Positions 1-12,386 of a stretch of DNA of 64,000 nucleotides are shown here, one piece after another (within the stretch, counting starts at the first letter, position 1; the number at the start of each line of letters is the position of its first letter). The DNA is taken from assembly GCA_030704615.1 (NCBI GenBank), contig CM060734.1, forward strand, positions 29,016,001 to 29,080,000, written 5' to 3'. The notes below the pieces were generated by a model. The model was not told the DNA's origin. It saw only the letters and a list, made by a program, of their open reading frames with translations, and searched no databases. Source of the stretch: Takakia lepidozioides (Eukaryota > Plantae > Bryophyta). The translations under genes were made by a program, and so were the position numbers.

Positions 1-639
1 GCTTGCTGAGGACAGGTGTGCCCGAGTGGGGAGCAGTCGCGCTTCCGGAGAAGATGAGGGAGGGTCGGGGCCGATGGGGTTGTAAGAAGGCTGGTGCTGA
101 TCTGTGAGCCTTCAGAGCTCGATGGCCTCGTTCTGTTCATGTACCTCGGCTTCCAGTGTCGCATGGAGGAGAGTAAATGAAGAATGAATAGTGTCCCTTG
201 CCCAAATGGTTGCCAAGTTGGTGGTGGGGGGCTGGTCGTAGTGGGGAAGATGAATCCAGAGGCCCTTGCCTTCAGGGTGATTTCCGAGCAACGCTTTTTC
301 CTCGATTAGTGCTAGAATCTGGGTAGATGGAGTAAGATCCGAAACCAGGCCTGGATACTGTTCAATGTAGGCTCCCCAGGTGATGACTGTGTGGGCCTGC
401 AATGTATAGCAGGGATGCCTTGGCGTGAGCCTGGTCGCGTGAGCGCAGCTGCGCTCACGCCATGTCACCTTGTGCCCACGCCACATCACCAATCTCACTC
501 CACGTCATCACGCTTAAACGCCACGTCACCGCGCGCCAAGGAAGAAGTGGAGTGTATTTCCGTGGAAGAGCACCCTTAACCGTGGTAACAAGTTGGACGA
601 CATAATAAAAGGATGTGGTCATTCCCACATGAAAGCAAC

Positions 640-1010
640 AGATGAATGCGGTATGGATGCATGTAGCGTGGATGAAACATTGATGGATGGGTGCGAACAA
701 TGCATATAGATGGATGAGATTTCAATGGATGAATGTATGATTGATGAATGTACAATGGATGTTGAACAATGGAAAACATTCATGAATGGAGGATGCATTC
801 ATACACAGTACATGAATGCACAATGTATATGACATGAGTGTGTGGGGTTTGTAAGATGGATTCGAGAGTGCAGTGGATGAATGTACAATGGATGTTGAAT
901 AATGGAAAACATTTATGAATGGAGGATGCATGAATACAGTGTACATGAATGCACAATGGATTTGACATGAGGTTGTGGTGTTTTTGGGATGGATTCATGA
1001 AGATTGCCAT
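640..1010. repeat. Low-complexity degenerate tandem repeat (GGATGAATGTACAATGGATGTTGAA-type units)
   Basis: The block 'gatgaatgtacaatggatgttgaa...ggaaaacatt...gaatggaggatgca' occurs at ~743 and again at ~876. The overlapping His/Ile-rich ORFs are repeat artefacts. Confidence 0.7.
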
Positions 1011-1456
1011 TTCATTCTGAGTGGATTCTTTGCTCCTTTTTCTTTCTGCCGGAACATCTGCAATAAAGTAGGGGAATTCAATCTTTTACGGAGAGGATGA
1101 GAACTGAACACTAAAAATGCGTAGTTCAGAGTCAGTACAATGTATCCCCGCGTCCTCTGCATCCAAGTCCAAGTATTTTAGAACTCCGGATCTACGATGG
1201 CTACACCTGCGGTCGGGCAATAAAAAGTCAGGGGAGAGAGCCTCGGCCATTTGAAGTGCCATTGCTTTGGCATACACAGGAAGCACAAAAGTGGAAAGGG
1301 GGCTGTCGAAAACAGTCTCGCCACAAATGGGGGTGTCTCCTGAAGATCCACCGCTGCCTTTCCTGCATGTCACAACAAGAAATAAGTTATTACTGCAAAT
1401 TTGATGTCTGCGATTGAAAAGGGCACCCAAAGTGGAATGACAATTCCATTGCAGAC

Positions 1457-2575
1457 TTACTCACATGAAAAATCGTTGTGGGCCTGCTTATCCTCGTGAT
1501 CCTCATCATTTCGGATTTGAATCGTTTCAGTTTGTGTGCCTTTTGTAGAGCCAGACAAAAGGGGGAGGAGCACAGTCTTGTATAGGTCAGAGTCACCCTC
1601 CATGCCAAAAAGGGATCTTCCGCCTGCCTTGCACACATGGTAAGCTCCTCCTGCAACAGACAGGAGGACATGAACAGCTTGTAGGGGGGGGATTAACGAA
1701 GATGAAAATGGTGAAAGAAAACCAAATCTGAAGGGAGAAAACGAACCTGTGGATACCGAGAGGTCGACCACCCGTGCAGAATGGTGGCTGCATGACTCCA
1801 GCAGTGTCTGCATGAACGCTGGGGTTTTCTCCTTTGCACCTCTCCAGGGAGTGCCATCTGGTCTTTTGAGAGTTTGACTGGGCTGCATGAAGTTGTACAA
1901 AATGTCATCAATATGCGGCTCATACGGGGGATTGATGAAACACCCTTGATCAGAAATCTTGAAGCTGCGGACGGAGGATGGTGTCTTTGAGGTGCGAATC
2001 CTCCGCAGGCAGATCACCTCAAACATCCTCGTCTGCGAAAGACAGAAGGTTAGGGTGCGAAACATAAACAACAGTGGAATTTTGTAGATTGACACTTCAA
2101 AACATAGGCATGCAACAAACTGATCAGTCAAGTATTTTTGATGATCGGTGCCGATCATCACAGATTATTGTAGAGTTACGCTGTAGAATACATTGAAATA
2201 AAGCAACAAAGCACACCTAAGAGGGAGGCGTCATACCAGTTGACCAGGACAACCCCCTTTCACAAGGTAGAGGATGTTCACACAATTCCATGTGTGCAGA
2301 ATTGCAAACCCCGAGGACTTCAGGTACGATGCCAATGCCCGACGACTATCCTTGTCACATGACTGAAAGAGTAGAAGTATCCCTGCATCAAAAAGGAAAT
2401 AGTTGCAGAACCCGAACACCCAACTCCAGTAGTTGTCATCGAATTTGTTCCAGCTTGGCGTCTTGCCCTTCGGAAGAACTTCTGGCACAGCCTGGCCGTC
2501 CGGGATGTCAAGAATGACCATGTTTGCAGCACACGTTTTCTGCACACCGCACGCAAAGGAGGGACCGGTGCTCAC
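1457..2575 (-). CDS. Beta-class N6A/N4C DNA methyltransferase-like exons (copy 1)
   Basis: Motif IV-like 'NMVILDIPDG' comes first, then 'WRGAKEKTPAFMQTLLESCS..RVVDLSVSTG' (motif X/I-like) and 'CKAGGRSLFGMEGD' (motif II-like). This is the permuted order of beta-class amino-MTases. Split by introns. Confidence 0.65.
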
Positions 2576-3357
2576 CTGCGATAGACATGTTCAATTTGAG
2601 AACAAAGAGAAGAATGATTGCAAAGAAACAAATACCAATACTGCCAATGTCACCTACGAATGCAAAGGAAAGAAAGTTAAATTCCCACTAGATTGAGGAA
2701 TGAGATCATGTTATCCCAAGTAGGCGAAGGCACCCCAGTGTATCCTTTCTTCCGACTCTCCATCATCGCCAGCCATCCCTCATTGACAATCTTAATCTCT
2801 CCTGCCAAATCAGCACGGGAAGGGTGTGGCCTGGCATCGAACACGCACTGAATTGTGCGGGTATACCTTTCGGCGGTGAAGTCCTTCTCACTCTCCTTTT
2901 CTTTCTCCTTCTCCTTTTCTTTCTCCTTCCCCTTCTCTTTTTCCTTCTCCTTCTCCTTTGACTTGTCTCTGTCCTTTGTCTTTGCTGGTGACTTGGCTGT
3001 CCATCTGGAGCCTTGTCTTTGGGTTTGCGCCCACCCTTCTTGCCCTTCTGGGTTATTTCCTGCGCGTCAGGCTCCTTGGCAGTCAGTGCTGCTATGTTTC
3101 TTTGGTACTCCTCATCGTTCAGAGGTGCCAACATCTCAGCATGATCGTTCAAATATTTCATTTGCTACTCCTGAAAATTCGTGTGCTCAGGAGGGCAGTC
3201 CAAGTACCAACCACAGTCCCTGAAGTGTGCAGGACTCTAGTCCTTCAATATCCCTGCAGTATACATGGTTGGATCCTTTCCCGGGTCCGACCACATGTCA
3301 AGATAATCTGGGACACCACTGAGGTGATTTCCATCCATCAGCACATATTTTGTGTAC

Positions 3358-3754
3358 CTGCGAACCACGAGACAAATTGGAAATCAATCTCTCTATGCAG
3401 AAGCCCATTGTTCTCAAAGTGAATGTCGGCACCGACATTTAGAAATTTGTGAGAGCAACACTGCATATAAATATTGGGCACCCTAGAAAACATACAAGAA
3501 ATCTCTCGGTATAGAAGCTCACAATAGCTTTGGATGTGATGGTCGTCAACGACATTCACAAAATTCCAGTCAAGAACACTGCCAACACACCCTAAGTTCC
3601 CTAATCCATGTGAATGAAATCTCTGTCCATAAGAGCTCACAGCCATGGAAGTGAATGTCGGTACCGACATTCACTTCCTATCAGTGAAGAGCCCTTCTAA
3701 CAACGCCTAAGCATTTCTCGCAAGATGCAACATAGTTTCTAGTTGGAAATGCAC
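3358..3754. repeat. Intron of copy 1 containing three GTGAATGTCGGTACCGACATTCAC-type palindromes
   Basis: Palindromes at 3419, 3536 and 3647-3678. The last is a perfect 32-bp palindrome, GGAAGTGAATGTCGGTACCGACATTCACTTCC. Confidence 0.85.
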
Positions 3755-4875
3755 CTGTACACAACTCGCATCATGGCCCACTCCCCCCCCAACCTGACTG
3801 TCAAAGTCGTTGGACTGCAAAATGTTACCATCCTTTGAAAATTCCCGGAAAAAACAGTATCGCCAAGTGATACCTCTCCACTTCCTGATGTATGCTTCCA
3901 ATGTCATTTGAGGCGGGGAAACAATAGAAATATTCAAGTCCTTCAAATTCTGTGCAAGGACAAGGATGTCGCGCTTCTCCAGCTGCAAAGGGTACATTTG
4001 TCAGTTTTACAAATAAGGTAGTCATTACATTCATGAAGTCAACAAAGATGAAACTTCAATGAATACACACCTGACTCCAAAATGTAGCCTTGTGAAGCCA
4101 GTTGTCAAACACAATGTCACTGATTCCCTCCACCTTTGTGCCAGGCTGTATAGTACTCTTAGGGAACTGATTCAAGTCCTTCACTGTCTGATCTGAGTTC
4201 CAAATCTCCAGCCATCTAATTTGGGTTTGGGGGTCAACCATGGAGATAGCCAGCCGGTGCAATTTCTCCTGCTGCATCTCCGGGTGCACATGCTTGTCAT
4301 AGTGAGATTTGATCTGCAGAAGGAACTCCTCTCCAAGGCCAGGATCTACTATTCTAAGCTGCTTAGAGAAGGCGGACATCAGTTTGGTTCTCCGGATTTC
4401 ATACTCCTTCTTTATTGCTGCCTCCACACCCTTTGATGTCCTAAGTTCCTCTGTTGTAGTTCGGTATTATTTGGATTTTCCCTTCTCGCTGCCTCTGCCA
4501 GTTCTTGCTGCATTGATCAAAGTGGGGATGAGTAAAAACGAATTACAAACATGTATTCAAAAAGAGAAGTGAGTACAGGCTCGGCCTTACCGCATACATA
4601 TACTCCAGAAACGCCTCTCGAGTCAAAGAATACCAAGTGCCTGCAGCTCTTCCTGTTTCACACTTCTTGATTATATCGGGGTGGAGTACTGTGCGAAAAT
4701 CATTCAGCTTCATCAGACCAATCCTCTGAATTCGGAAAAGTGTGTGGACCAAGCTTGTTGTCACATGCGATTTCTCTGTCGATCTGCAAAAAGAGTGGAA
4801 ACAATGCATTGGTAAACATCGTCTTTTGGTGGGATGAACAAGACATTGAAGAGGCAATGGAGTCTCTAGGATGAC

Positions 4876-5436
4876 TTACTTGTTCACGTCATGCATAGCT
4901 GTAAGAAGCCTAGCGATGTCGTTTCCAGGATCCAGAACCATTGCCTCTACAACAACATGCTTGTCTTTGTCTTTTGAATGATGTTTCTGAATGTATCCCA
5001 TCCATGCCAGCAATCGGTGGTTGCCGTCCCAGACGTAAAACATGTGGTTGCAGAATTGTTGGGTGTTTCTTCCCATCATGAGGCCCAGCTCGAACTCCTC
5101 ATTAACATCTTTCCAGCACTCATCCCAGGTATCGGTGATCTCAGGAGACACTAATGTGCTTTTCCCATTCGTATCCGTCAGTGACACATAAAAAACTTGT
5201 GCACCAAGTCTGTATCCATGCACGAAATCAGTTTCCAATTTTGTAAAGTCATGGGAAAGAGGAGGATGCACAACAGGCATAGATATCATCCGGCATAGTG
5301 GGATGTCAAGACGCCCTCCAGAGACGAGCATGTCCCTAATAACCTCCTGAGAGTTTATCTTCTGGAATGACATGAGTTCTTTCACCTTGTCAAGGTAGTG
5401 CACTTCAGGTTCATCTATTTCATCGCTATTCTCCAA
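4876..5436 (-). CDS. ParB/sulfiredoxin-like N-terminal domain exon (copy 1)
   Basis: LDIPLCRMISMPVVHPP...FYVWDGNHRLLAW...LLTAMHDVN. The hydrophobic strand followed by DGNHR matches the ParB/Srx GxxR nucleotide-binding motif. A GTAAGT donor follows. Confidence 0.7.
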   Translation of the reverse strand: MENSDEIDEPEVHYLDKVKELMSFQKINSQEVIRDMLVSGGRLDIPLCRMISMPVVHPPLSHDFTKLETDFVHGYRLGAQVFYVSLTDTNGKSTLVSPEITDTWDECWKDVNEEFELGLMMGRNTQQFCNHMFYVWDGNHRLLAWMGYIQKHHSKDKDKHVVVEAMVLDPGNDIARLLTAMHDVNK

Positions 5437-5552
5437 GCTCTTGGCAGACTCGTCCCCATCTCCAGACCCTTTTGCCTCTGTTCCTATCTACTTGGACTTC
5501 ACAGTTTTCTGCACGATGCCATGCCAATCAGACATTGAGTTATGTGCAAATA

Positions 5553-5969
5553 GTGAATGTCGGTACCGACCATCAGTCTGTCTTGTCTCAAATCACAGTG
5601 AATGGCGGCATCGACATTCACAACCATCTACACTAACAAAGCTGATACAGACGAATGCAAACCAAAACACTATGATTGCATAGTGACTCACTTTAGTTTG
5701 TAACAAAAAGTGAGTGCAAAGAAGTCTATGTTTTCAAAGGAATGCGATTGACATTAATCAGAGAAACTCCATTGTGATGGTCGTTAAAGACAATCACTAT
5801 TTCTTGTCTATTTGGAATGTACCTTGCAATCGTTTTTAGACATGAAGCTACAGTATGGTCTCAAGAAAAGTGATTGGCGGTACCGCCATTCCTCTTCCCT
5901 AGTCTGTTCAACCTGAAACAGAGAAAATGCAATGCAAAACAATATGACTGAATAGTGATGGTCGGTGCC
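5553..5969. repeat. Upstream cluster of copy-1-type palindromes
   Basis: Related 24-bp palindromes at 5553, 5598, 5774 and 5870, and a truncated one at 5955-5969. Confidence 0.8.
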
Positions 5970-6099
5970 CAGGGAGCTCAGGGACCCGCAGGGCTTGATC
6001 CACTCTCAATCCAAAGCGATGGTTAAAATTGCAGGTCTTCATTTCTCGTACCTTTTCAAGCGAAGAGACCCTTCAAATAGTAGGCCTCGTTGCTGATTT

Positions 6100-6315
6100 G
6101 CATGCGGCTTCAAGCATCCCACCGCTACTCCCCCGCCAAAATTTGGACCAATCAAAAATGTCCAAAAAAAAAAGTGTTATCTTCGCTCACTATTGCAGAA
6201 CTCTCTATGAAGAGTGCATGAAGTAGAACACAAATCAAGTTTGGAGTGCAAAACAGGGAAGAAACTGTGGTTTTGGATCCAAATGAATTTTGTTCGCTCC
6301 CAAATTTGGCATGCA
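6100..6315 (-). repeat. Dispersed ~200-bp repeat (also at ~24980-25170, ~25965-26170, and diverged at ~16740-16930)
   Basis: Near-identical reverse complement of 'caaaattcatttggacccaaaaccacagtttcttccctgttttgcactccaaacttg...'. Confidence 0.8.
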
Positions 6316-7499
6316 CTATTGTGCATCCATCGTTCTCCCAATGCATAATTCGTCAATTCGTTTCGGATTGGGAGTGGGGGTGGATTATTGAAGTGGCTGG
6401 TAGGCTGTAATGGGCGCCCATTGTACTGAGCAGTACCACCCTACCATTCGCAAAACATTGCTTGGGTGACAGCTGTGCTTCTCTCCCCCCGAGAAGGTTT
6501 CATCCAACTCCCACCAAATGGAAATACGGCGCCGCATTTCCATCTGGGGGGGTTGCTATTGCCTATCATCCTCCCCCCGAACTGTATATAGTTCGTTCCT
6601 AGTATGCGACTTTTCTTCACAATCCTCATTTCCCCTTCCGCCGCTTATTTGTTCATTCCTTCCGTTGTTTCTATGGCGTGTGCTTTAGAAGGTTGCCCTG
6701 GGCTTGAACAAGACGGAGGTTACTCTGCCCAGGTTGGCGACATTGTCGTCTTGCTATGTCCAAGTCCACTTTTCGGCGATGAGCCGCATGAACACCAAGT
6801 GTCCATACATGTCCACGAATGGACTCGGGATCTGCTGGACAGGTGGGGAGACCAGCTGCGTAGTGGTATTTGGCGACTCTGGAACGTGCGTGTTGGTGCA
6901 AGTCAACGCGTCCTCGTCTGCCAATCATGCCTCCCCCTATGCCACATTGATCTCGTACTTGTCGAAGACTCCCCTAGGCCCATAGGCCACATGAAACGGT
7001 TGATGTCATACATTTTCATAAATGTATCACAATCACGTTTGTGAAAAGGTATCACATCAACCGTTTCATGTGGCCAATGCACCTCTTCCGCACTATGGCG
7101 GAAATGTAGCCACTTGAAGCATTTCTGATTGATCTCGTACTTGTTTGCGACCCGCCATTTAGATTGGCAACCATCCGTCCGCCCATTGAGGAACCATTTG
7201 TTCATCGTTAGACGAATCACCATTCTGACCGCCTAGCCATGCGTCCCCCCTTGGTGAGGTCATGGGTTCAACCCCCCCCCCCCCGCCTCCTTGTTATTTT
7301 ATTTTTCACCACCAGTGGCGCCTCGCCACGTGGCGAGGCGCCGCTTCATGTTTTTTAAAAACACACATCCCCCTTCGAAAGGTCACGGGTTAACCCCCCC
7401 CACCTTGTTATTTCTTTTTTCACCAATAGTGGTGCCCCCCACGTGGCGAGGCACCGCTTCATATTTTTAAAAAAACAAAAGAAACGACAAAATAAAAAA

Positions 7500-8795
7500 A
7501 TACCGACCGCGGGATGGCGGTCGCTAGATTTAAAAAAAAAACAAAAGGCACGACCGCCATTTGGCGGTTGCTTCATTTTTTTTTTAAACTAAAAAGAACG
7601 ATCGCCATCCGGCGGTCGCTTTATTTAAGAAAACATAAAATGAAGAGACCGCCAAACGGCGGTCGCAAAATATTTGTAATAAACAAAAAAAGCGACCGCC
7701 ACACGGCGGTCGCTGCAATTCTTTAAGAAAAACATTACGGAAAAAAAAACAACCGCCAGTAATGGCGGTCGCTTAATTAAGAAAAAACTAATTATAAGAG
7801 ACCGCCAGTGGTTTAAGTTTAAAAACAATTTTTATTATTATTATTATTATAAGGAAACCTGGGAGTGATTGCTCACAATTCAGGCCCTTAAGGAGGGGGA
7901 AAAATTAACCCCCTTTCCGATAAGCCAATAGGCACACAGGAGGGAAACATCACCACCAGACCACCCGGTCACGACCAATCCACACACTGCACAGGGCAGC
8001 GGGTTCGAACCCTAAACCACCAGGGCGACACATTATGCACTTACCGGCTGAGCTACTAGCCGATGTGCAAAACAAATTAATTAGAAGAGACCGTCAGTGG
8101 CGGTCTCCTAACTTAAAAAAAACAATTAAAAACGACTGCCATTGGCGGTCGCATAATTTAATAAATTAATTAATATGAGGAGACCAGACTGGCGGTCTCA
8201 TCATTAGAAAATTAAAAAATTAAAAAAAAAGTGAACGCCGATGGCGGTCGCTTCATTTAAAAAACAAAATAAATCAGAAACGACCGCCAATGGTGGTCGC
8301 ATAATTTAAAAATAAATTAATTAAAAAAAACTAAATAAATAATACCGCCAATGGTGGGCGCTTCATTTAAACAACAAAATAAACTAGAAACGACAACCAG
8401 TGGCGGTCTCCTCATTAAAACATTAAATTTTTTTAAAAGCGACCGCCAATGGTGGTCACTTCATTTGAAAAACAAAATAAATTAGAAGCGACTGCTCCTC
8501 ATTTAAAAATAACAATTAGAAGCGATGTTGCTTCATTATAAATAAAAATAAAAATAAAAATAGAAGTGACCGCCAATGGCAGTCGCTTCATTTTAAAAAT
8601 AAATTAATACGAGGAGACCGCCAGTGGCACTTCATTTTTAAAAACAAAATAATTCGGTCTCCTCATTTAAATAAAACAATTAGAAGCGAGGTCGCTTCAT
8701 TAAAAAAAAACAATTAAAAGCGACCGCCAATGGCGGTCGCTTCATTTAAAAAAACAAAATAAATTAGAAGCCACCGCCAATGATTGGCGGTCGTA
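7500..8795. repeat. Subterminal array of GCGACCGCC(N)GGCGGTCGC palindromes in A-rich spacers (hAT end)
   Basis: About 20 degenerate copies of 'gcgaccgccaatggcggtcgc'. Same architecture as the arrays of the complete hAT element. Confidence 0.8.
7829..8068 (-). mobile_element. tRNA-derived SINE
   Basis: On the - strand: A box TAGCTCAGCCGG, B box GGGTTCGAACCC (8001-8012), unique body, (TAA)n tail. The 3' body 'ggcctgaattgtgagc..cccaggt' is shared with the copy at 30610. Confidence 0.75.
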
Positions 8796-8899
8796 TTTTT
8801 TTTTAAGAATTAAAAAACTTTATCATTTTCCACGTGTTATTTACACCGTGGCTACCATGTCATTAGATAGGGTAGGAGTAGATCGTAAAAGTTAAATGT

Positions 8900-9017
8900 A
8901 AAAATAAATTACATCAGTAAACGTCCGGTTTGGACGTGACGTGACGCACGTCACAACCTGACGTCTGGAGATGACGTGGCACGTCAGCACCACGTCACGT
9001 CAGGAATGATAACTAGG
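8900..9017 (-). mobile_element. Terminus of a hAT element related to the 21611 end
   Basis: The reverse complement (CCTAGTT...GACGTGACGTGG...GACGTGCGTCACGTCACGTCC.AAACCG.ACGTT) aligns with 21611-21710. I did not find a partner end with a matching TSD. Confidence 0.75.
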
Positions 9018-11961
9018 GTGTGCAACCGGCAATGCTGATGTCACAAAGAGACATGAAAATGCTGCGGCGAGGATGCTGGAACAGACGCACAACAACATTG
9101 GCCGGATTCTGGGATCCATGGTGTATCCTGGACTCTTAAAAATTCCATTGCGCCGCATGGTCAGCCTTCCAGTTGTGAGACCAGTATTGGCTAGGGACAT
9201 CGACAGACTCAAGCACGCATTCAGAGCGGGGTACAGGCGTGGGTCAGTGGCTTTCTATGTTTCAATTGAGTCCGACTAGGGTCTCATCAGGGGCCCTTCA
9301 GCAAACGAGGTTGCAAGCTGGGGCCCCCACTGGATGGCTCGCAATGAAGAGTTTGAAGCCTCTCTGAAGTCGAATCCCACATTTGTTCACCTGGCAGGGA
9401 AGATGTTCTTCGTGTGGGACGACAATCACAGATTGTTGGCATGGACAGAGTACATCAAAGAATTGCATCCTGACGAATTGGATTGGCATTGCATGGTGGA
9501 TTGCATTGTCCTGAAAGTGGACGTTTCAGACAGAGGGCTACTGAAAAATGCCATGGCCGATGTGAACATGTAAGTATATTGTCAATTGTGGCGCCCTTAT
9601 TGCTTGGTGTTTATTTGCCAACAGTATGATGCATGGAGTGCAGGCGATTGTTGTGTCGTAAAATATTTTCTTTGCATTATGACAACCAGCATGTAGCCCA
9701 GTGGTAATGGGCACATACCACGTTGGATGTGGTTGTGGGTTCAAACCACCATCTGGTGTGTCATGAAGATGTCCACCTTCCTGCTGGAAGGCAGTAGCCC
9801 TTCGGGGTCAAGTGACTCCATTCGGGAGGCGTCATACCTTTTTTCTTTTTTCTTTTTTCTTTGCATTATTCCTTCTCTGCTGCAGGTCCAATTGCGGTGC
9901 CTTTATTCCTTCTGGTGTAACTGAGCACAGTATGATGTATGTTGTGCATCTGATTGCGGTGCCTTTGCCCTGTTCCTGCGATAGAGCCAATTGAGGTGTT
10001 TTATTCAATTGTCTGTTTTGTGTGACAGGGTGATAGAGAAGGCGTTCATAGAAACCCACATGGCACATTGACTTTTTAGAGTGCAGGATGTGGGACGCAC
10101 GAAACTGGAAGACTTCAGAGGTGCCATTGACCCCAAGTTGTTCAAGAAGGCCGAAGCAAAAGCAGACCGCACTTGGTACCAGCTCATACTGGACGGCATG
10201 GTCAATTACATGTATAAGGTGAGGTTAAACGCTCTGTGCTTTCACTGGTCATGGATTTTTCAGTTAACGACTAGCTAAATGTCATGACATGGTGGCAACA
10301 GGTTTGATGCTTGCTTATGCCCGTAGTCAGGAGTCCCTGCCACATACGTGAACAGTAACAGAGTCAAAGACTTATTTGGATTCAAGAATGCTGCAGGTCT
10401 TGAACAACGCCCATGAGCAATTGGATGTGCAGATAGGGATTTTCAAGCTGCAGATCGATTGGACGAAGCCAGATACCATGGACAACTATGTGCTTTCATG
10501 GCGGGGCAGGTTCGCAAACTTGTGCTACAGAGAAGTAGCAAAGGCACGATGCAACGTGTACTTCGACGAGCAGGAGGGAGCCTCTAAAGCTGCAATGCGC
10601 ATCATGTTCAGGTACTCCCTTCCACTATGACTCAGAATAATTGGTAGTGCAATGAATTCTTCCTTATGCTGCTTCCTTCCTGAATTCCGGCGCCGCAATA
10701 CCCCAATGATGTGGCGAGGGGGAATTGCGGTGCCGCAATTCCGATGTACAAAGTCCATGGCTGTGCAGCCATGGTCTGAGGGCAATTGCGGCACCGTAAT
10801 ACCCCATTGTTGTGGCATGGGCAAATTTCCTTAATTCCAATGTTAAGTCTAGGCTGATGCATCCATGGTCTGATGGCAATTGCGGCACCGTAATACCTGA
10901 AGCCTCATTGCAGGTACATTAATTCTGAGCTCATTCCCAGTGGTGCCATTCAAAGGGAGCTCACCTTCTTCCTTGCGTGTAGGACACCGGGGGGTCAAGC
11001 CTCCATGTACACCGAAGTAATGGCGAAGGAGTGGCATGCCGAGCATTTGCGGAATTGCCCCTGGTATGTCGACCTTCCAAGTGGAATTGTGGACCTGAAG
11101 GAGGCGGAAATGAAGAAACAAACCAATGTGAGGGCTCGGGGGACGCAGCCGGACACCAATCCAGCAGAGGACCGTGAAAAGCAAAGAGCAATGCGGAAGT
11201 CGGCAAAGGCAGCTCAGTTGGCCCAGGAGCAGATGGAGAAACAAGCGGCAGAGCAGACGAAGGTTCAACGGAAAAGAAGAGGATACAGCTTTGTTCGACT
11301 CCCATCTGTCAGGACTGCAACAATTGCCACCACAAGAAGGGGAGGAGTTGGAGGAGGAGGCAGAGGAGGAGTAGGAAGGGGAGGAAGACAACGACGAGGA
11401 GGAGCAGGAGGAGGAGCTTCCCGAATGCTTGTGTTCTACTGAGTTGCACCATCGTAAGTGCATTGGTTTGAGTTGTAGGCACGTCCATGATTCTACATTG
11501 TAAACCCTGCAGCTTGTTGACATGTGCCATGTTGTAGCCTTTCATACTCGTCTGATGAGGAGAGGGTTGTTGAGACAGAGACACAGCTGCGTCGGCCATT
11601 CTTTGCCCGACCATCGTTTCTTGCCAGTCCTGAGAAGCCATTTCAACTCCCATCGGATGCAGACTGGGCTGCTAGAGAATCCATCAGGAGGGTGGAAAGG
11701 CCTAATTCGTTCGAGCAGATGCTTCTTCAGAAGGAGGAGAGAATTCAGTGCAAGAAGGAGGCCAATGTGGGAATGGTAAAGGCCAGAGTTTGCAAGTACA
11801 TCGCCATGTCCACTTTTGAAAGTGAGGGGGAGGAGGACGACAAGGGGGGACCGAGGTGGATGGTCCCAAATGGGGAGGATGGTATATTTGAGGGTAGGGC
11901 TGGTGAGAGTTATGAGGGTATCATTGCGGGAGGGTCGGATGTAGGTGAAGGACAGGCATAA
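9018..11961 (+). pseudogene. ParB-like gene copy 2 (5'-truncated, internally deleted, no MTase domain)
   Basis: KIPLRRMVSLPVVRP...FFVWDDNHRLLAW...AMADVN, then exons KAEAKADRTWY, AAMRIMFR, MYTEVMAKEWHAEHLRNCPWYVDLP and the terminal PFFARPSFLASPE exon, all homologous to copy 3. In-frame stops at 9277-9279 and ~10068. Confidence 0.8.
10612..10913. repeat. Intron of copy 2 with four AATTGCGGYRCCGCAAT-type palindromes
   Basis: Sites at ~10682, 10721 (GGAATTGCGGTGCCGCAATTCC), 10781 and 10875. A further site lies at ~12347. Confidence 0.85.
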
Positions 11962-12386
11962 GGAGTCCTTCAGTTAGATGTTAGTTTGGAGAGTGACCGT
12001 GGATCCTCGCCGTAGAGCAGGGTGTGTCTGGCATTCCGACCAAACAGTAGTTGTTCCCATGATGAATAAAAAAAATGCCAAATTTTGACAAATATCTACT
12101 CAGCTTCTCAATGCCAAATTCATAGCCTCTCTCCTGTCATTCTGAATGTTTATGTCTTTCTCGGAAAAAGCAAGTTGTGCTTCCCCATTGCTTGCAGATC
12201 TTATATTTAGCACACAAACGCCAGAACAATAGCATACTAGAATTTGCTCCTCGCAGCAAGCACCGTTGGTAATGATATAAAGTTGTCGCAATAGGCTGGC
12301 CACAGGCCTAGAGTACGAGAGCAAATTTTTTGGAAGGTACCTGGTGGTATTGCGGGGCCGCAATACACCGGTCAAAAGTCTCCCAC

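Larger units (their letters stand above)
1086..5510 (-). pseudogene. ParB-like / amino-MTase-like multi-exon gene, copy 1 (degenerate; 5' part missing)
   Basis: Exons are collinear and homologous with the copies at 9018-11961 and 40877-57650: ParB exon (4876-5436), STEKSHV..TWYSL (~4575-4780), DPGLG..EKLHRLA..RWLEIWN (~4070-4500), FFRE..AMMRVVYR (~3755-3985), MYT..HFRDCGWYLD (~3150-3357, with an in-frame stop), Lys/Glu-rich linker, MTase exons, and a last exon SP..FVLPVYA..KYL. GT-AG borders are visible. Confidence 0.8.

Noticed and set aside
1890-1905. 'NPPY' in copy 1 as the MTase catalytic motif
   Set aside because: It is not conserved in copy 3 and lies in the variable region. The motif IV position is occupied by DIPD in both copies.
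7995-8065. Functional tRNA gene
   Set aside because: A and B boxes are present, but I could not form a convincing cloverleaf. It continues into a SINE body and simple-repeat tail shared with a second copy.
7500-8795. CRISPR-like appearance of the palindrome-spacer arrays (also 21850-22430, 30215-30990, 34610-35195)
   Set aside because: Repeats are degenerate, spacers are low-complexity A/T tracts, there are no cas genes, the context is eukaryotic, and the arrays belong to hAT elements.
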